Counted from the whole stretch's first letter, positions 11,098 to 22,195 are shown. The stretch is DNA of 62,936 bases, filler included, from Octopus bimaculoides (GCF_001194135.2; 7 parts of 7 records of this genome joined end to end with filler, not necessarily neighbours in it); one strand, 5' to 3'. Made by a program: numbers and translations. The notes: generated by a model from the letters alone, not told the origin.

Positions 11098-11280
11098 GTT
11101 CAGTAGTTTTATTTTTATAGCGTGCTTTCACTTCACTACCGAGCGCAGCTCTGTGTGCCTTGGGTACGTGCTGTGGTTTGCTGTGTTGCTCTTATGGTCA
11201 CTGTATTGAAAGTGTTTTGTGTAGGTTGTGTGCAATTCCCAGTAGTGCAATTTTCTGTATGTTATATATACTTCTAAGTC
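11040..11280 (-). repeat. Interspersed repeat, probable LINE 3' end with (AAT)n tail (copy 1)
   Basis: About 190 bp near-identical to 19358-19558, each abutting a (TTA)n run, which is an (AAT)n tail on the minus strand. Confidence 0.65.
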
Positions 11281-11559
11281 CTGGTGTTTTTGTTATGTAT
11301 TATACATGATTTTATAAGCTTACAGCTTATAAGCGATCACCGCACAATGACTAAAGAAAATAGTTTCAATTTAAATGGATCTTACCGCACCCTGAAGAAT
11401 TCCAGAATTTTTTTTTTTAACTAGATACAAATTTTCTCCAGTATAATGGGCTTATCAGGGCTATTAAAGGCTACCAAACAAAGTTTAAATAAGCAAACCT
11501 ACTGCTTTCCAGCATTTAGAGGATAATACGGCTATCCGAAAGCTCATGTCTGTTAAGAA

Positions 11560-12120
11560 AGGAACCAAACGATACAACTATGTTTTAAACAATGTTGATG
11601 CTTGTTTAATATTCAAACACAAATGGGAAGAGTGTATGCTTGCTTAACTGGAATGGAGAAAAATATTTTTATTATGTATAAAGACAACAACAGATACTAA
11701 ACTACGATGGTTCCAGTTCAGAATTATACACAATATTCTAGCAACTCATTCTGTACTATTCAAGATTAGATTGGCCGAAAGCAACCTGTGCACTTTTTGT
11801 CAACTTGAGGTGGAGACTGTATCACACCTTTTATGGTATTGTGAATGTGTACAGGCCTTCTGGCAACATTTCTTAGATTTGCTGCGTGAAAAGTGCATAC
11901 ATGTTCGCAACATGACACTTGGCCTACAGCTCATTCTGTTCGGGTTGAGAAAAAACATATACTGATGGCATCTTTGACTTGTTAATATTATTAGCAACAA
12001 CTTTTTATATATAAAAGCAAAGTGTTAAAATCCACTCTCAGCAGCTTCAGACATTTTAGATATTTTGTGCACGACATGAGTGCTTTTGTTTCACTTTCGA
12101 CACGTGATACTTAAATAGTG
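11560..12120 (+). mobile_element. L1/Tx1-clade LINE ORF2 C-terminal fragment (zf-RVT)
   Basis: Translation KIF..CIKTTTDTKLRWFQFRIIHNILAT...FKIRLAESNLCTFCQLEVETVSHLLWYCECVQAFW is a CCHC zf-RVT motif typical of L1/Tx1 ORF2. Confidence 0.8.
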
Positions 12121-12169
12121 GAGGAGATATTATGTTGCTGTGGGCTCGAACTATGCAAGAAGTTAAACG

Positions 12170-12360
12170 TTTTTTTTTCTTTGACTAAAACACAACCGGG
12201 ACCCTAAGTAAGGCATGTGCAAAATTTGAATGAAATTGGTTGTATAGTTCTCGAGTTTTAGGGAAGCACACAGACACACACACACACACACACACATACA
12301 CACACAGACACACAGACATACATTCTCATTTATATNNNNNNNNNNATATATAGAAGATTA
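12170..12360 (+). mobile_element. Non-autonomous Helitron/Helentron-like (DINE-1/HINE-type) fragment
   Basis: gcatgtgcaaaatttgaatgaaattggttg..ttctcgagtttta followed by an (AC)n tract; same family as the arms at 53512-54179. Confidence 0.5.
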
Positions 12361-12575
12361 TGATTTTGTTTTTGTTTTGCTTTCTCTTTTTCTTTCTTCT
12401 TTTCCAAATAAAAGGTCGTTTTCCATTTGTTTTATACAAGACTTCACGGTACCCTGACCGTGGTGTCATAAATTATAAAAGGGAAAACTGGAAATAAAAA
12501 AGTTAAAAAATAAAAGAAAATAGTCTAACAATGGAGTATATAAGCCCTTGACATATATGTATGTATGTATGTATG

Positions 12576-12607
<32 letters not shown>

Positions 12608-12700
12608 CATGTATGTATGCATGTATGTATTTATGTATGTATGCAAGTATGTATGTAGTATGTGTGTGTATGTATCCCCTTTGTCCGCTTTTCCCGGGTG

Positions 12701-13165
12701 AGTCTAATAGTGGGGTATATAAGCCCTTGATTTATATATGTATGTATGTATGTATGCATGCATGCATGTATGTATGTATGTATGCATGTATTTGTGTGTG
12801 TATGTATGCATACATCCATCCCCTTTGTCCGCGTTTCCTGGGTGAGTTGTCAGACACCTCCTCCATAGGGACCTACCAGAAGCAACTGTCATTATACTTT
12901 CCTGCTGGATTCCTAAGTGTAACCAACTATGGATATCATCCAACTAGTTTGTTCTTGGTCTATCCTTAGGTCTTCTGTCCGTTCGCTCGGTTTGAAGAAT
13001 CTGTCTTGTGGTTCTTTCCTGCGGCGTTCTAATCACATGTCTGTAGTACAGAAGCTATGATCTCCCAATGTAGAGAACATTGAGGCGTGACCTGGAGAGA
13101 CTCACTCTGCACTCCGAACTACGCATCCTGTCGAACAACGTTGCTCCAGAAATCCTTATAGGAAG
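12701..13165 (-). mobile_element. RTE-clade LINE 3' fragment with (CATA)n tail
   Basis: Minus-strand translation IGRS*LLYYRHVIRTPQERTTRQILQ...RRPKDRPRT resembles the RTE ORF2 C-terminus (LRYFGHV.R...R......RP.GRP). It is followed by a CATA microsatellite. Confidence 0.6.
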
Positions 13166-13285
13166 ACAGACGGGCGGACGGGCAGATGGACAGATGGACA
13201 GACGGACAGACGGACGAACGGACAAACGCACAGACGGAGAGATAGATGAGTTTGGATAGACAGACGGATAGACAGACAGACAGAC

Positions 13286-13346
<61 letters not shown>

Positions 13347-13434
13347 TGAATATATTTACAGTCACACATACTTACAATCACACATGCATACACATACACA
13401 TATACATATGCACTACTGAATGACGTAGCAAGGA

Positions 13435-13650
13435 AGCCTCACTATGCTAGCTCGACTCGCTAGAAATAGCAGATCAAATATCCCCCAAATCACACTTTAA
13501 TGATTTACAGAAAAGGACACGTGATGTAAAAAAAAAGTCCTGGATAAAACCAAACAAAAAATAAAAAAGCAAACAGGATAATCATTTCCGGGACGCCTTT
13601 GAATATTGGTCTGCTCAATCAAGACCAACAACAACAACAGCAACAACAGC
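13435..13650 (-). repeat. Interspersed repeat family E (degenerate)
   Basis: Reverse-complement similarity to segments at 25208-25385 and 32170-32800 (gatttggctgctatttctagc motif; (GTT)n at one end). Confidence 0.5.
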
Positions 13651-13775
13651 TGCAACAAGAACGACGGCATATTGTTAACTGAATATGGTATGTCAGGAAC
13701 ATAAAACAATCTCACCGGTCTCCATTAAGCCTGAAGCTTTACAACTCAATAAATCTTATTATTAATCTCGTAATA

Positions 13776-13992
13776 GGAGTGGCAAACTGGCAGAACTTGA
13801 TAGTACGCCGGACAAAAAGATTAGTGGCATTTCGTCCGTCTTTCCGTTCTAAGTTTAAAATTTCGCCGAGGTCGACTTTGCTTTTCATCCTTTCGGGATC
13901 GATAGAATAACTACCAGTTGAGCTCCAGTTTTCGATGTAATCGATTTGCCCACTCGCCCGAAATTACCGGCCCTGTGCCAAAATGTGAAACC
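13776..13992 (+). mobile_element. SINE family B copy with 18-bp target-site duplication
   Basis: Family B body (ggc.a.ctggcagaa...ccgaggtcgactttg..tttcatcctttcgg), flanked by attattaatctcgtaata at 13758-13775 and 13993-14010. Confidence 0.88.
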
Positions 13993-14275
13993 ATTATTAA
14001 TCTCGTAATATTACGTCATAGTTAGGTTGATATCATAAATGAGTGGAGTGTTTTAGTAGTAAAAGTGGTATGTCTAAGCTTTTAAAGAAATGTGTAAGAG
14101 AAAGAATGGGGGGATGAGGAGGAAATTTAGTCAGAGAGAAGAGGGAGAGGAAAGAGAGAGGAAGAGGAAGAGAGAAAGAAAGAAATGAAACTAAAAAAGG
14201 AAAATTAGGCCAAAATGGAGAGATTGATAGATACATTGATAGATAGGCATGTATACACACACACACACACACACG

Positions 14276-14313
<38 letters not shown>

Positions 14314-14317
14314 AATG

Positions 14318-14377
<60 letters not shown>

Positions 14378-14462
14378 AAGGAATACGTGAGTAAAAAAGA
14401 TTTCGTTTCTTCGTGTCGATAGAATTTTGTCAGCTGCTTCAATAATAAACTAAAAAAAAATA

Positions 14463-17400
14463 ATGTCTACAGATCTGACAGAAGAAGACATAAGACAATT
14501 CCTTGATGACAACCCACAATTCGTTGATAATTGGCTTTCAGAACACGGCATGGAAGAAATAGCAACCGATTTTTCGAAACTTAGAGTTTTATCAAAAACT
14601 GCCCTAAAATTTTTGAGTATACTGTCTCTCGAACAAGATATAAATGTATATCTTGATAAAGACACCGAACCAGAGTTACCTGCTCGTAAGATGAATTTGT
14701 TCAGAGATATACTCAAATTGGTTCACTCAGACATTGATTCAACGAGAGTTACTAAAAAAATTCTTCAAAGCGCCTGCATTTTGCTTCGTTGTCATAAAAC
14801 GAGCCTTCTTTTGACCCAAGGATTTGGTAAAAAACGATTTCTTATTTCGAGAACCAGCAATGTTGCAACTAGATCTCAACTTGGCGAAATAGATAATATA
14901 GAAGGAGACACAATTCATCTACCATTTGGCAAAGGAATTGTTGGTTTCGTAGCGGAAAACGAATGTTTAGTAAATATTAAAGAAGCATGGCGTGATCCAC
15001 GCGTTCAGAAAAATATGGGAGAGACTGACTATCAAATTAGATCGATTCTTTCAGTACCAGTTTTCGATAAAAACGGTCGTGTGATAGGAGTAGTTAAAGC
15101 ATTGAATAAATTAAATGAAGATAATTTTGATTCTACTGATGAAAACTTATTCGAATGTTTTTCGAAAATTTGTGCTCTGAATCTCAACAACGATCGTTTC
15201 TTTAAAGCTGCCCAAGGAGAAAACAAACGGCATCAAATGTTATTGAAACTCAGTCGGTGTTTTTCGAGAAATGGAGAACATTTCCAGAAGCTAGTATCTG
15301 AAATTCTTCAATACGCCATGAAAATGCTGGACTGTGATAATATCAGCATCTATTTAAGTGATAATGCAGACGATTCAAGTCAACTGACCAAGTCAGCGAA
15401 CGTTTTACAATTTTTGAAGGGAGACACTAAAGTGAAAGATGCACCTATAGACCCGAGGTTTGTATCACTTATTGAACGAAATATGAATAGTGCTAGCATG
15501 GTGAATGTAGTCAGCCTGAGTAATTCATATGATAGAACCAAAAGGAAAACCAAAATCACATTGGAAGGTGATATACAAAATTGGATAATTTGCGTGACAA
15601 TACACGCTAATTGCAATACTGTAATTGGTTATATGATGTTTCTCAGGAAGACGATTGATATCTTCAGTGAAAATGACATTAATATGTTGGAGACATTTGC
15701 CATTTTTTGCGGACTAGCGATTTATAACAACCATTTGTACAAAAGTTGCAATAAAATAGTATCCAGCCATGATGTCGCATACGAATTGCTTCAGCTTCAC
15801 TCGACTTGCGGAGAAGAAGAAGCTTATGAGATGCAACATCAAGACATTCGGACAACAAGTTACTATAAACTTTACTCCTACGATTTTATTAGTTTTTTAT
15901 ACTTAGAAAATGAACAGGTTATATTGAGTGCTCTTATGTTTCTAGAAATGAACGCTCTAAATTCATTGAAGATATCCAAGTTTAATTTGTACAGATGGAT
16001 ACTAACCGTGAAAAAAAACTATCGTCCTGTCCCCTACCATAATTGGCAGCATGCTGTCAATGTTACTCAAGCAATGTTTAGTATGTTGACCACCGGTAGA
16101 TTACAAATATATTTCAAAGAATTTGAACTAGTATGTCTGCTAGTAGCTTGCTTGTTTCATGACATTGATCACAGAGGAACCAATAATGCGTTCCAAGTGA
16201 ATACAGCATCGCCTCTTGCTACTCTCTACAATACGTCTATCATGGAATGCCATCATATAAATCGAAGTATCATGATATTGGAAAATGAAGATACAAATAT
16301 TTTTCGAAACATTTCAGCTGAAAAATATCGGCAGGGTCTCAAATTTATCGAGAAAGCAATTCTTGCTACAGACCTCGTACTTTATTTTGAGAAAAGAAAC
16401 CTTTTTAGGCAACAAATCGAAGACGGTAACAAAACCTTTGAGTCTCAAGAAAGCGTTGAATTATTAATTAGCATGATGATGACTGCAGCTGATCTTATAG
16501 CTATTACCAAGCCATGGGAGTTTCAAAAAATGACAGCCATGTTAATAGCTAATGAATTCTTTACACAAGGAGACATGGAAACAGCTTCTGATATTCCTCT
16601 GTTGCCGTTAATGGATCGCAATAATATACACGAAATACCTCAAATGCAAGTTGGTTTTATTGATTTTGTGTGTACAATGATTTATAAATCTTTTTCAGAA
16701 CTGCATGAAGAATTGGAGCCTTTATATGATGGGATGCTCAACAACAGAGCTCACTGGGCTGGTATTGCAAATGGTGATGAAGAATTTGATGCTGAGAAAG
16801 AGTATAACTTAGCTTTAAAGTTGTTTTATTTGGAAGAAGCGATATCGTGTACGACTTCTCCGATGTTGCATGTAAATGTAGCCACACAGACAGTTCTAAC
16901 GTATTTAAATCTGGAGCAAGAGCAACAAACCATCCAAACCATACTTTCTTATCCTATTGAAGAATTAGTCACGGTGAATGATCTAACAATACCTGTTTCA
17001 CCGGAAATTGAGATGATCCCTAAAGCAACAAAGAATTGTCAAACCGAAGATCGATCCCCATCTTTAAGCGAAGCATTTGTTCAGACTTATGTACCTGCTA
17101 CACGTACAGGTGAAGCCTCACCTGCTGAACCCCCTACACAAATATTCAGACGACAACCGTCCACTGCAACAAAATCTGGAGACTACTCGGAATCAGAAAC
17201 TGCAGTTTCATCACTTACCAAGTCGTCAGTTTCCAGGTCGCCTTTTCCAACAAGACGATCAAGCTGTTTCGATGAGCTTCTTTATGAAAGACGCCAAGAA
17301 TTAGAGCTGGAAAAAGGAAAATCATTTAGAAATACACTCTGTCTAGAAAAACCTTTGTCTCTCAAAAGAACATCGCGTATTATTTTACCACCAAACCCAG

Positions 17401-17915
17401 TACGACGGGAAAGCACGCAAACACGTTCCAGTGATTATATATTCCACAGAAGTTCGTCTAGCCTACGGTTATCGATTGGGGAAATTTCTCAAAAAGAAGA
17501 AATTTTGTTTGAAAACATTTCGAGGAAGTATTCCTTTAAATCCGAAACATCGCCGAAATCTTCCATTATGGAGAACGTTCTTGAGCCAGTCAAAAACGAA
17601 AATGTTCGTGAGAAGAGTAAAGACGCAGATACGCCTATTGGAAAAGAAGTACGGATTCTTTCGCCAAAAAAGAAGAAAGCGTCTTGGACGAGTGCATACG
17701 AGGGTAATGGTAGTACAAAAGGTAGAATACCTGTGGCTCGAAGGTCACTTTCTATAACGAAGGATCGAATGGATAGTGTATATAGAACCAGATCGAATTC
17801 AGGTATGCAAAAACAAATATCACAGAACATCGAGTTTCGAAGACGAAAATGTGTCAAAGTTGCTTCAAAAGATGTTCAAAAGGGTAAAAGACTGGCTATT
17901 TGTGTGATTTGTTAG
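14463..17915 (+). CDS. Intronless GAF-GAF-PDEase 3',5'-cyclic nucleotide phosphodiesterase, PDE5/6/11 family (paralogue B, 1150 aa)
   Basis: Uninterrupted 1150-aa ORF. GAF-A has FGKGIVGFVA and LNK..F..TDE. The catalytic domain has YHNWQH, HDIDHRGTNN, TAADLIAITKPW and MQVGFIDF. Ends CVIC (CaaX). AATAAA at 17963. Confidence 0.93.
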   Translation: MSTDLTEEDIRQFLDDNPQFVDNWLSEHGMEEIATDFSKLRVLSKTALKFLSILSLEQDINVYLDKDTEPELPARKMNLFRDILKLVHSDIDSTRVTKKILQSACILLRCHKTSLLLTQGFGKKRFLISRTSNVATRSQLGEIDNIEGDTIHLPFGKGIVGFVAENECLVNIKEAWRDPRVQKNMGETDYQIRSILSVPVFDKNGRVIGVVKALNKLNEDNFDSTDENLFECFSKICALNLNNDRFFKAAQGENKRHQMLLKLSRCFSRNGEHFQKLVSEILQYAMKMLDCDNISIYLSDNADDSSQLTKSANVLQFLKGDTKVKDAPIDPRFVSLIERNMNSASMVNVVSLSNSYDRTKRKTKITLEGDIQNWIICVTIHANCNTVIGYMMFLRKTIDIFSENDINMLETFAIFCGLAIYNNHLYKSCNKIVSSHDVAYELLQLHSTCGEEEAYEMQHQDIRTTSYYKLYSYDFISFLYLENEQVILSALMFLEMNALNSLKISKFNLYRWILTVKKNYRPVPYHNWQHAVNVTQAMFSMLTTGRLQIYFKEFELVCLLVACLFHDIDHRGTNNAFQVNTASPLATLYNTSIMECHHINRSIMILENEDTNIFRNISAEKYRQGLKFIEKAILATDLVLYFEKRNLFRQQIEDGNKTFESQESVELLISMMMTAADLIAITKPWEFQKMTAMLIANEFFTQGDMETASDIPLLPLMDRNNIHEIPQMQVGFIDFVCTMIYKSFSELHEELEPLYDGMLNNRAHWAGIANGDEEFDAEKEYNLALKLFYLEEAISCTTSPMLHVNVATQTVLTYLNLEQEQQTIQTILSYPIEELVTVNDLTIPVSPEIEMIPKATKNCQTEDRSPSLSEAFVQTYVPATRTGEASPAEPPTQIFRRQPSTATKSGDYSESETAVSSLTKSSVSRSPFPTRRSSCFDELLYERRQELELEKGKSFRNTLCLEKPLSLKRTSRIILPPNPVRRESTQTRSSDYIFHRSSSSLRLSIGEISQKEEILFENISRKYSFKSETSPKSSIMENVLEPVKNENVREKSKDADTPIGKEVRILSPKKKKASWTSAYEGNGSTKGRIPVARRSLSITKDRMDSVYRTRSNSGMQKQISQNIEFRRRKCVKVASKDVQKGKRLAICVIC

Positions 17916-18008
17916 ACTACCATTATATGGGACGGAGGAACAATAGGTGTTCTAGTAATGAAAATAAAAATGAAATAACAAAGGCATTACAATGTTTTCT
18001 TCTTTATG

Positions 18009-18199
18009 CACAAGGCCGACATTTTTGAGAGGAGGATGCGGGATTAGTCGAAATCATTGAAACCATTCCTTGACTCGTACTCCGAAGAAATGAAACGTAA
18101 AGTTAACCTTGGCGGGATTTGACTTCAGAAGGTATAGACTCAGGACAAATATGGTAAGGCATGTATTCCGATACTAACCATTGTGCCAGCACATCGCCT
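18009..18199 (-). mobile_element. Degenerate SINE family B copy
   Basis: cacaaggcc...aaagttaaccttggcgggatttgac...tgccagc, a diverged reverse complement of family B. Confidence 0.55.
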
Positions 18200-18524
18200 T
18201 CGCAAAAGACATTAAAATATGCCGTTGAGAGAATAATTAAATAAAATAAATTAATTAGAAAATATTTAAGTTTCTGGTTTCGCCCTTTAGCATTTAAACC
18301 AGCATATCAAGCTCAAATATTCTACCTGTTTCATGTTTAAACCGGCCAGGTCTGGCCTCTCACGCCTACCCTACAATGTCATTCAAAAATATAATCACGC
18401 TCTCGAAATCTCGAAGCTACGAGCTGGTAACAATGTATTTTACTGCCAATAGACAGAAACACACCACACACACAGACACACACAACCTAACATTCACTCA
18501 CACACGCACACACTCTCTCCTTGT

Positions 18525-18555
<31 letters not shown>

Positions 18556-18579
18556 GAAGAGACAGCAATGTGCATATAT

Positions 18580-18646
<67 letters not shown>

Positions 18647-19030
18647 TATATATATATAGAGAGAGAGAGAGGGGGAGGGAGGTTTTATATGAATATGGAT
18701 GTATATGAGGGAGGTTCCAATGTTTCTTTCGTATTCATAATTATTATTGATATGTAAGCGAGAGACCGAGAAGAGACAGCAATGTGCACATANNNNNNNN
18801 NNNNNNNNNNNNNNNNNNNNNNNNNNNNNNNNNNNNNNNNNNNNNNNNNNNNNNNNNNNNNNNNNNNNNNNNNNNNNNNNNNNNNNNNNNNNNNNNNNNN
18901 NNNNNNNNNNNNNNNNNNNNNNNNNNNNNNNNNNNNNNNNNNNNNNNNNNNNNNNNNNNNNNNNNNNNNNNNNNNNNNNNNNNNNNNNNNNNNNNNNNNN
19001 NNNNNNNNNNNNNNNNNNNNNNNNNNNNNN

Positions 19031-19265
19031 GACCTGCATGCGGTGGATGTAGGTGTCTTCAAGATGAGGCTGGACCTCTTTCTGTCAGGTGTCCCAGATG
19101 AACCAACTTCACGGCAGGAGGTGCAGATGAGAGCTGCTGCATCAAACTCTCTCATGCACCAAATGTCAATTCCTGAGGTAAAATTCGTGAAGTAGAATTG
19201 TGTAGCAACACCAAATGGCGGTGCCCCAGCATGGCCACAGCTCATGAGCTGAAACAATTTAAAAA
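19031..19265 (+). mobile_element. CR1-clade LINE 3' end
   Basis: DLHAVDVGVFKMRLDLFLSGVPDEPTSRQEVQMRAAASNSL is homologous to the 35880 and 38075 copies; the latter carries diagnostic CR1 ORF2 motifs. The 3' tail has a hairpin and an A-rich end. Confidence 0.8.
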
Positions 19266-19357
19266 AAAAGAGAAAAAGAGATTTTCCTGAGATGGCTTAC
19301 ATTAGAACATAGTTTCCTTTCATTGTTCTTGTGGATTCTTAATTTCTGGATTCTTGA

Positions 19358-19558
19358 TTATTATTATTATTATTATTGTTCAGTAGTTTTATTTTTATAA
19401 CGTGCTTTCACTTCACTACCGAGCGCAGCTCTGTGCGCCTTGGGTATGTGCTGTGGTTTGCTGTGGTGCTCTTATGTTTACTGTATTGAAAGTGTTTTGC
19501 GTAGAATGTGTGCAGTACCCAGTAGTGCAATTTTCTGTGTTATATATATTTGTAAGTC
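19358..19558 (-). repeat. Interspersed repeat, probable LINE 3' end with (AAT)n tail (copy 2)
   Basis: Near-identical to 11040-11280. Confidence 0.65.
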
Positions 19559-20599
19559 NNNNNNNNNNNNNNNNNNNNNNNNNNNNNNNNNNNNNNNNNN
19601 NNTTAATTAATTAANNNNNNNNNNNNNNNNNNNNNNNNNNNNNNNNNNNNNNNNNNNNCTTTCAGAAAGTAAAATTGTGTTCAGTGCAAATGCTTTCATT
19701 TTATAAATGCACATTCCTTTCATAATTAAATGCACAACAATACTACATACATACATACGTACGTACGTATGCGTGTATGTACGTATGGGTCTGAGTGAAA
19801 AAAAAATGAAAAAAAAAATAGTGTAATAGGTAGGGTGGGGGAGAGGACTCGGAAAGTTCACATCGTGAATGTTCCGAGTCGTCTCACCGTAGCCAAAAAC
19901 AAAAACAAAAATAGTGTAATAGGTGTAAAATAACTTACTCTAAACGAATATAAAAAAAAAAAAAAATGCGCGCTCGCATTTGACCTACGTATGTATGTAT
20001 GTATGTATGTACGAACGTACGTATGTATGTACATACGTACATACGTACGTACGTATGTATGTATGTATGTATGTACGTACGTATTTATGTGCTCGTATGC
20101 ATGAATGTACCTGTTCTTAGGTAGTGTACTTCAATATTCATCCAGTTTAACACTCCCACTTGGCTCTAGGTTATCCTTAGCAGAGTCAACTGTGTTAAAA
20201 ATATTTAGGCTAGGTATTCAATCTGAATTTGACTTCCTCCTAGCCTTCCAGCAGTCCTTAAAAGGTCTTCTACACTACTATTTCTTCTCTACGTGAGTCA
20301 TAAAAATAAAAACTTGTAATTTACGTTCATCTGATTTTTTTCTTTTTCAACTTTCGTAAAGATAATTTATTCTCGATATTGTTACAAAGAGATTATGCTT
20401 CATGAAGATCAAAACATGTCGAAAGTTGTCTCCCTTGCAGGAAAACTTTAAGATGATTATGAGTCACCATCTAAAATTGATCTTCCCCCTCCTTTTCTCT
20501 TTGTGTTTCTGCTTTATGCTTCATTTAAGTCGGTCTATTGATATAGTGGCTTGAACGTAGAATAAAATATGTTGCAGTATTCGTTCTATTGTCTGTGCC

Positions 20600-20680
20600 C
20601 TAGATCCAGTTTTGCGGCATCGTCGGCGATGGTGGTGGAAATGGTGGTGAGCAGATAGTGTTACCTATATCTGCTAGTAC
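20600..20680 (-). other. Candidate terminal coding exon of an unidentified minus-strand gene
   Basis: About 50-nt polypyrimidine tract plus AG (20681-20730 on minus), then the open frame VLADIGNTICSPPFPPPSPTMPQNWI*. No homology recognised. Confidence 0.25.
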
Positions 20681-20820
20681 CTAAAAACAAAAAAAACAAA
20701 AAATAAAAATAAAAAAAAAGAAGAGAAAACGAAAAAAGGCAATACTACGTTACATTAACGCTTCACTCTCAGTTTTGAGTTAGAGCTAGCAGTAAGTTTC
20801 ACTAATTAAATATCCTTTAT

Positions 20821-21070
20821 CTTTTACTTGTTTCAGTCATTAGATTGCGACCATGCTGGGGCACCACCTTGAAGAATTTTAGTCGAATATTCTATTGATC
20901 CCTAGATGCCGGTAGTTATTCTATTGGTAGTTATTCAATTGATCTCTTTTGCCGAACCACCATGGCTTTGGTAGGCCCGACGCCATAGTAGAAGGTGTCA
21001 CGCACTGGGACTGAACCCAGAACCATGTAGTTGGGGAGCAAACCTCTTACCACACGACCACGCCTGCGCC
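20821..21070 (-). mobile_element. SINE family A copy, internally deleted
   Basis: Head ggcgcaggcgtggtcgtgtggtaagagg (A box), gggttcagtccc (B box) and tail cagcatggtcgc..tgactgaaacaagtaaaag; the central part is missing. Confidence 0.8.
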
Positions 21071-21713
21071 CATAAATTTCTTGCTGTTTTTCATGACCAT
21101 AGCCTTTCTCAGTTAATTCCATTTCAAAACAATGCTGAATAAATAATTTATTTGGTGAATACGTTACAGTTCTGTCTGATCAAATATTCCTTTCTAATTT
21201 TGACATACGGCCAGCAATATTTTGGGGAGGGGGCAAATCTATTACACTGATTCCAGTGCTCAACTGGTACTTATGTAAAAATTAACACTTCCTTCTCCAA
21301 GCCTAGATTCGTAACCGAATCTAAGAATTCTCAGTCGTCCAAACCACCACGATCAACAGGTGCGAAAACAGGTTTTCTTTGTCCTGTCAAAAAGTGATTA
21401 ATCATCTCCCTTTGACCTACGGACCTCAGCTGTCAGGTGAAGTTCAAATGGACAGGAGCTGACCTATTTAGGTACAAACTCTGCTGCAGTATGTCTGTCC
21501 TTCTAGCTGCCACAATTTTTATAAATACGGCGGTCAACAGACAGACAAGGGAGAAAGGCCTAGGCAGCAAAACGAGGAAGCTCTACGACAAGTTTTAGCG
21601 ACAGCAGATACCAGAGCAATGTTTGAAGTTCCACGGTAGACTACTGTCTTAGATGAACTACGTACGCACACACAAACATTCAGTTCTGACATATTATTTC
21701 CACAGATAGTGAA

Positions 21714-22080
21714 GGCGCAATGGCTCAAATGTTAGGGCATAGGATCGCGGTTTCGATTCCCAGACCGAGCGTTGTGAGTGTTTATTGAGCGAAAACACCT
21801 AAAGCTTTACGTGGCTCCAGCAGGGGATGGTGGCGAACCCTGCTGTACTCTTTCACCAAAACTTTCTCTCAGTCTTACTTCCTGTTTCTGTTGTGCCTGT
21901 AATTCAAAGGGTCAGCCTTGTCACACTTTATGTCACGCTGAATATCCCCGAGAACTACATTAAAGGTACACGTGTCTGTGGAGTGCTCAGCCACTTGCAC
22001 GTTAATTTCACGAGCAGGCTGTTCCGTTGATCGGATCAACTGGAACTCTCGTCGTCGTAAGCGATGGAGTGCCAGTGCCA
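21714..22080 (+). mobile_element. Full-length tRNA-derived SINE family C
   Basis: Head ggcgcaatggctcaaatgttag (A box) and gtttcgattccc (B box); the body matches the 8194 and 6785 copies. Confidence 0.88.
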
Positions 22081-22195
22081 ACTTTCGACAAATTAAGTCC
22101 AGTGAATAAATTATTTTTAATTATGAATTGATTCACTCATTTGTTTACTTCAAAGGCATACACATTCCTTTTGCATCTGTTTACCATGATACACA

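Noticed and set aside
15032-17857. Short antisense and alternative-frame ORFs overlapping the PDE genes
   Set aside because: Expected shadow ORFs of long coding sequence; no recognisable motifs.
19603-19614. TTAATTAATTAA recurring at 19603, 27270, 35529, 48766, 54300 and 58080
   Set aside because: Where counted, it is centred in 44 N + 12 + 44 N (100 bp), and all six sit inside N runs. It is an artificial all-frame stop linker from scaffolding, not biology.
20105-20296. 63-aa ORF, and an opposite-strand AG...GT-bounded segment
   Set aside because: No homology recognised, and the minus frames contain stops. Probably an old LINE remnant or chance.
21360-21710. Unique segment with TATAAATA and a short open frame
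   Set aside because: A single TATA-like word in AT-rich DNA and a motif-less 30-aa frame are insufficient evidence.
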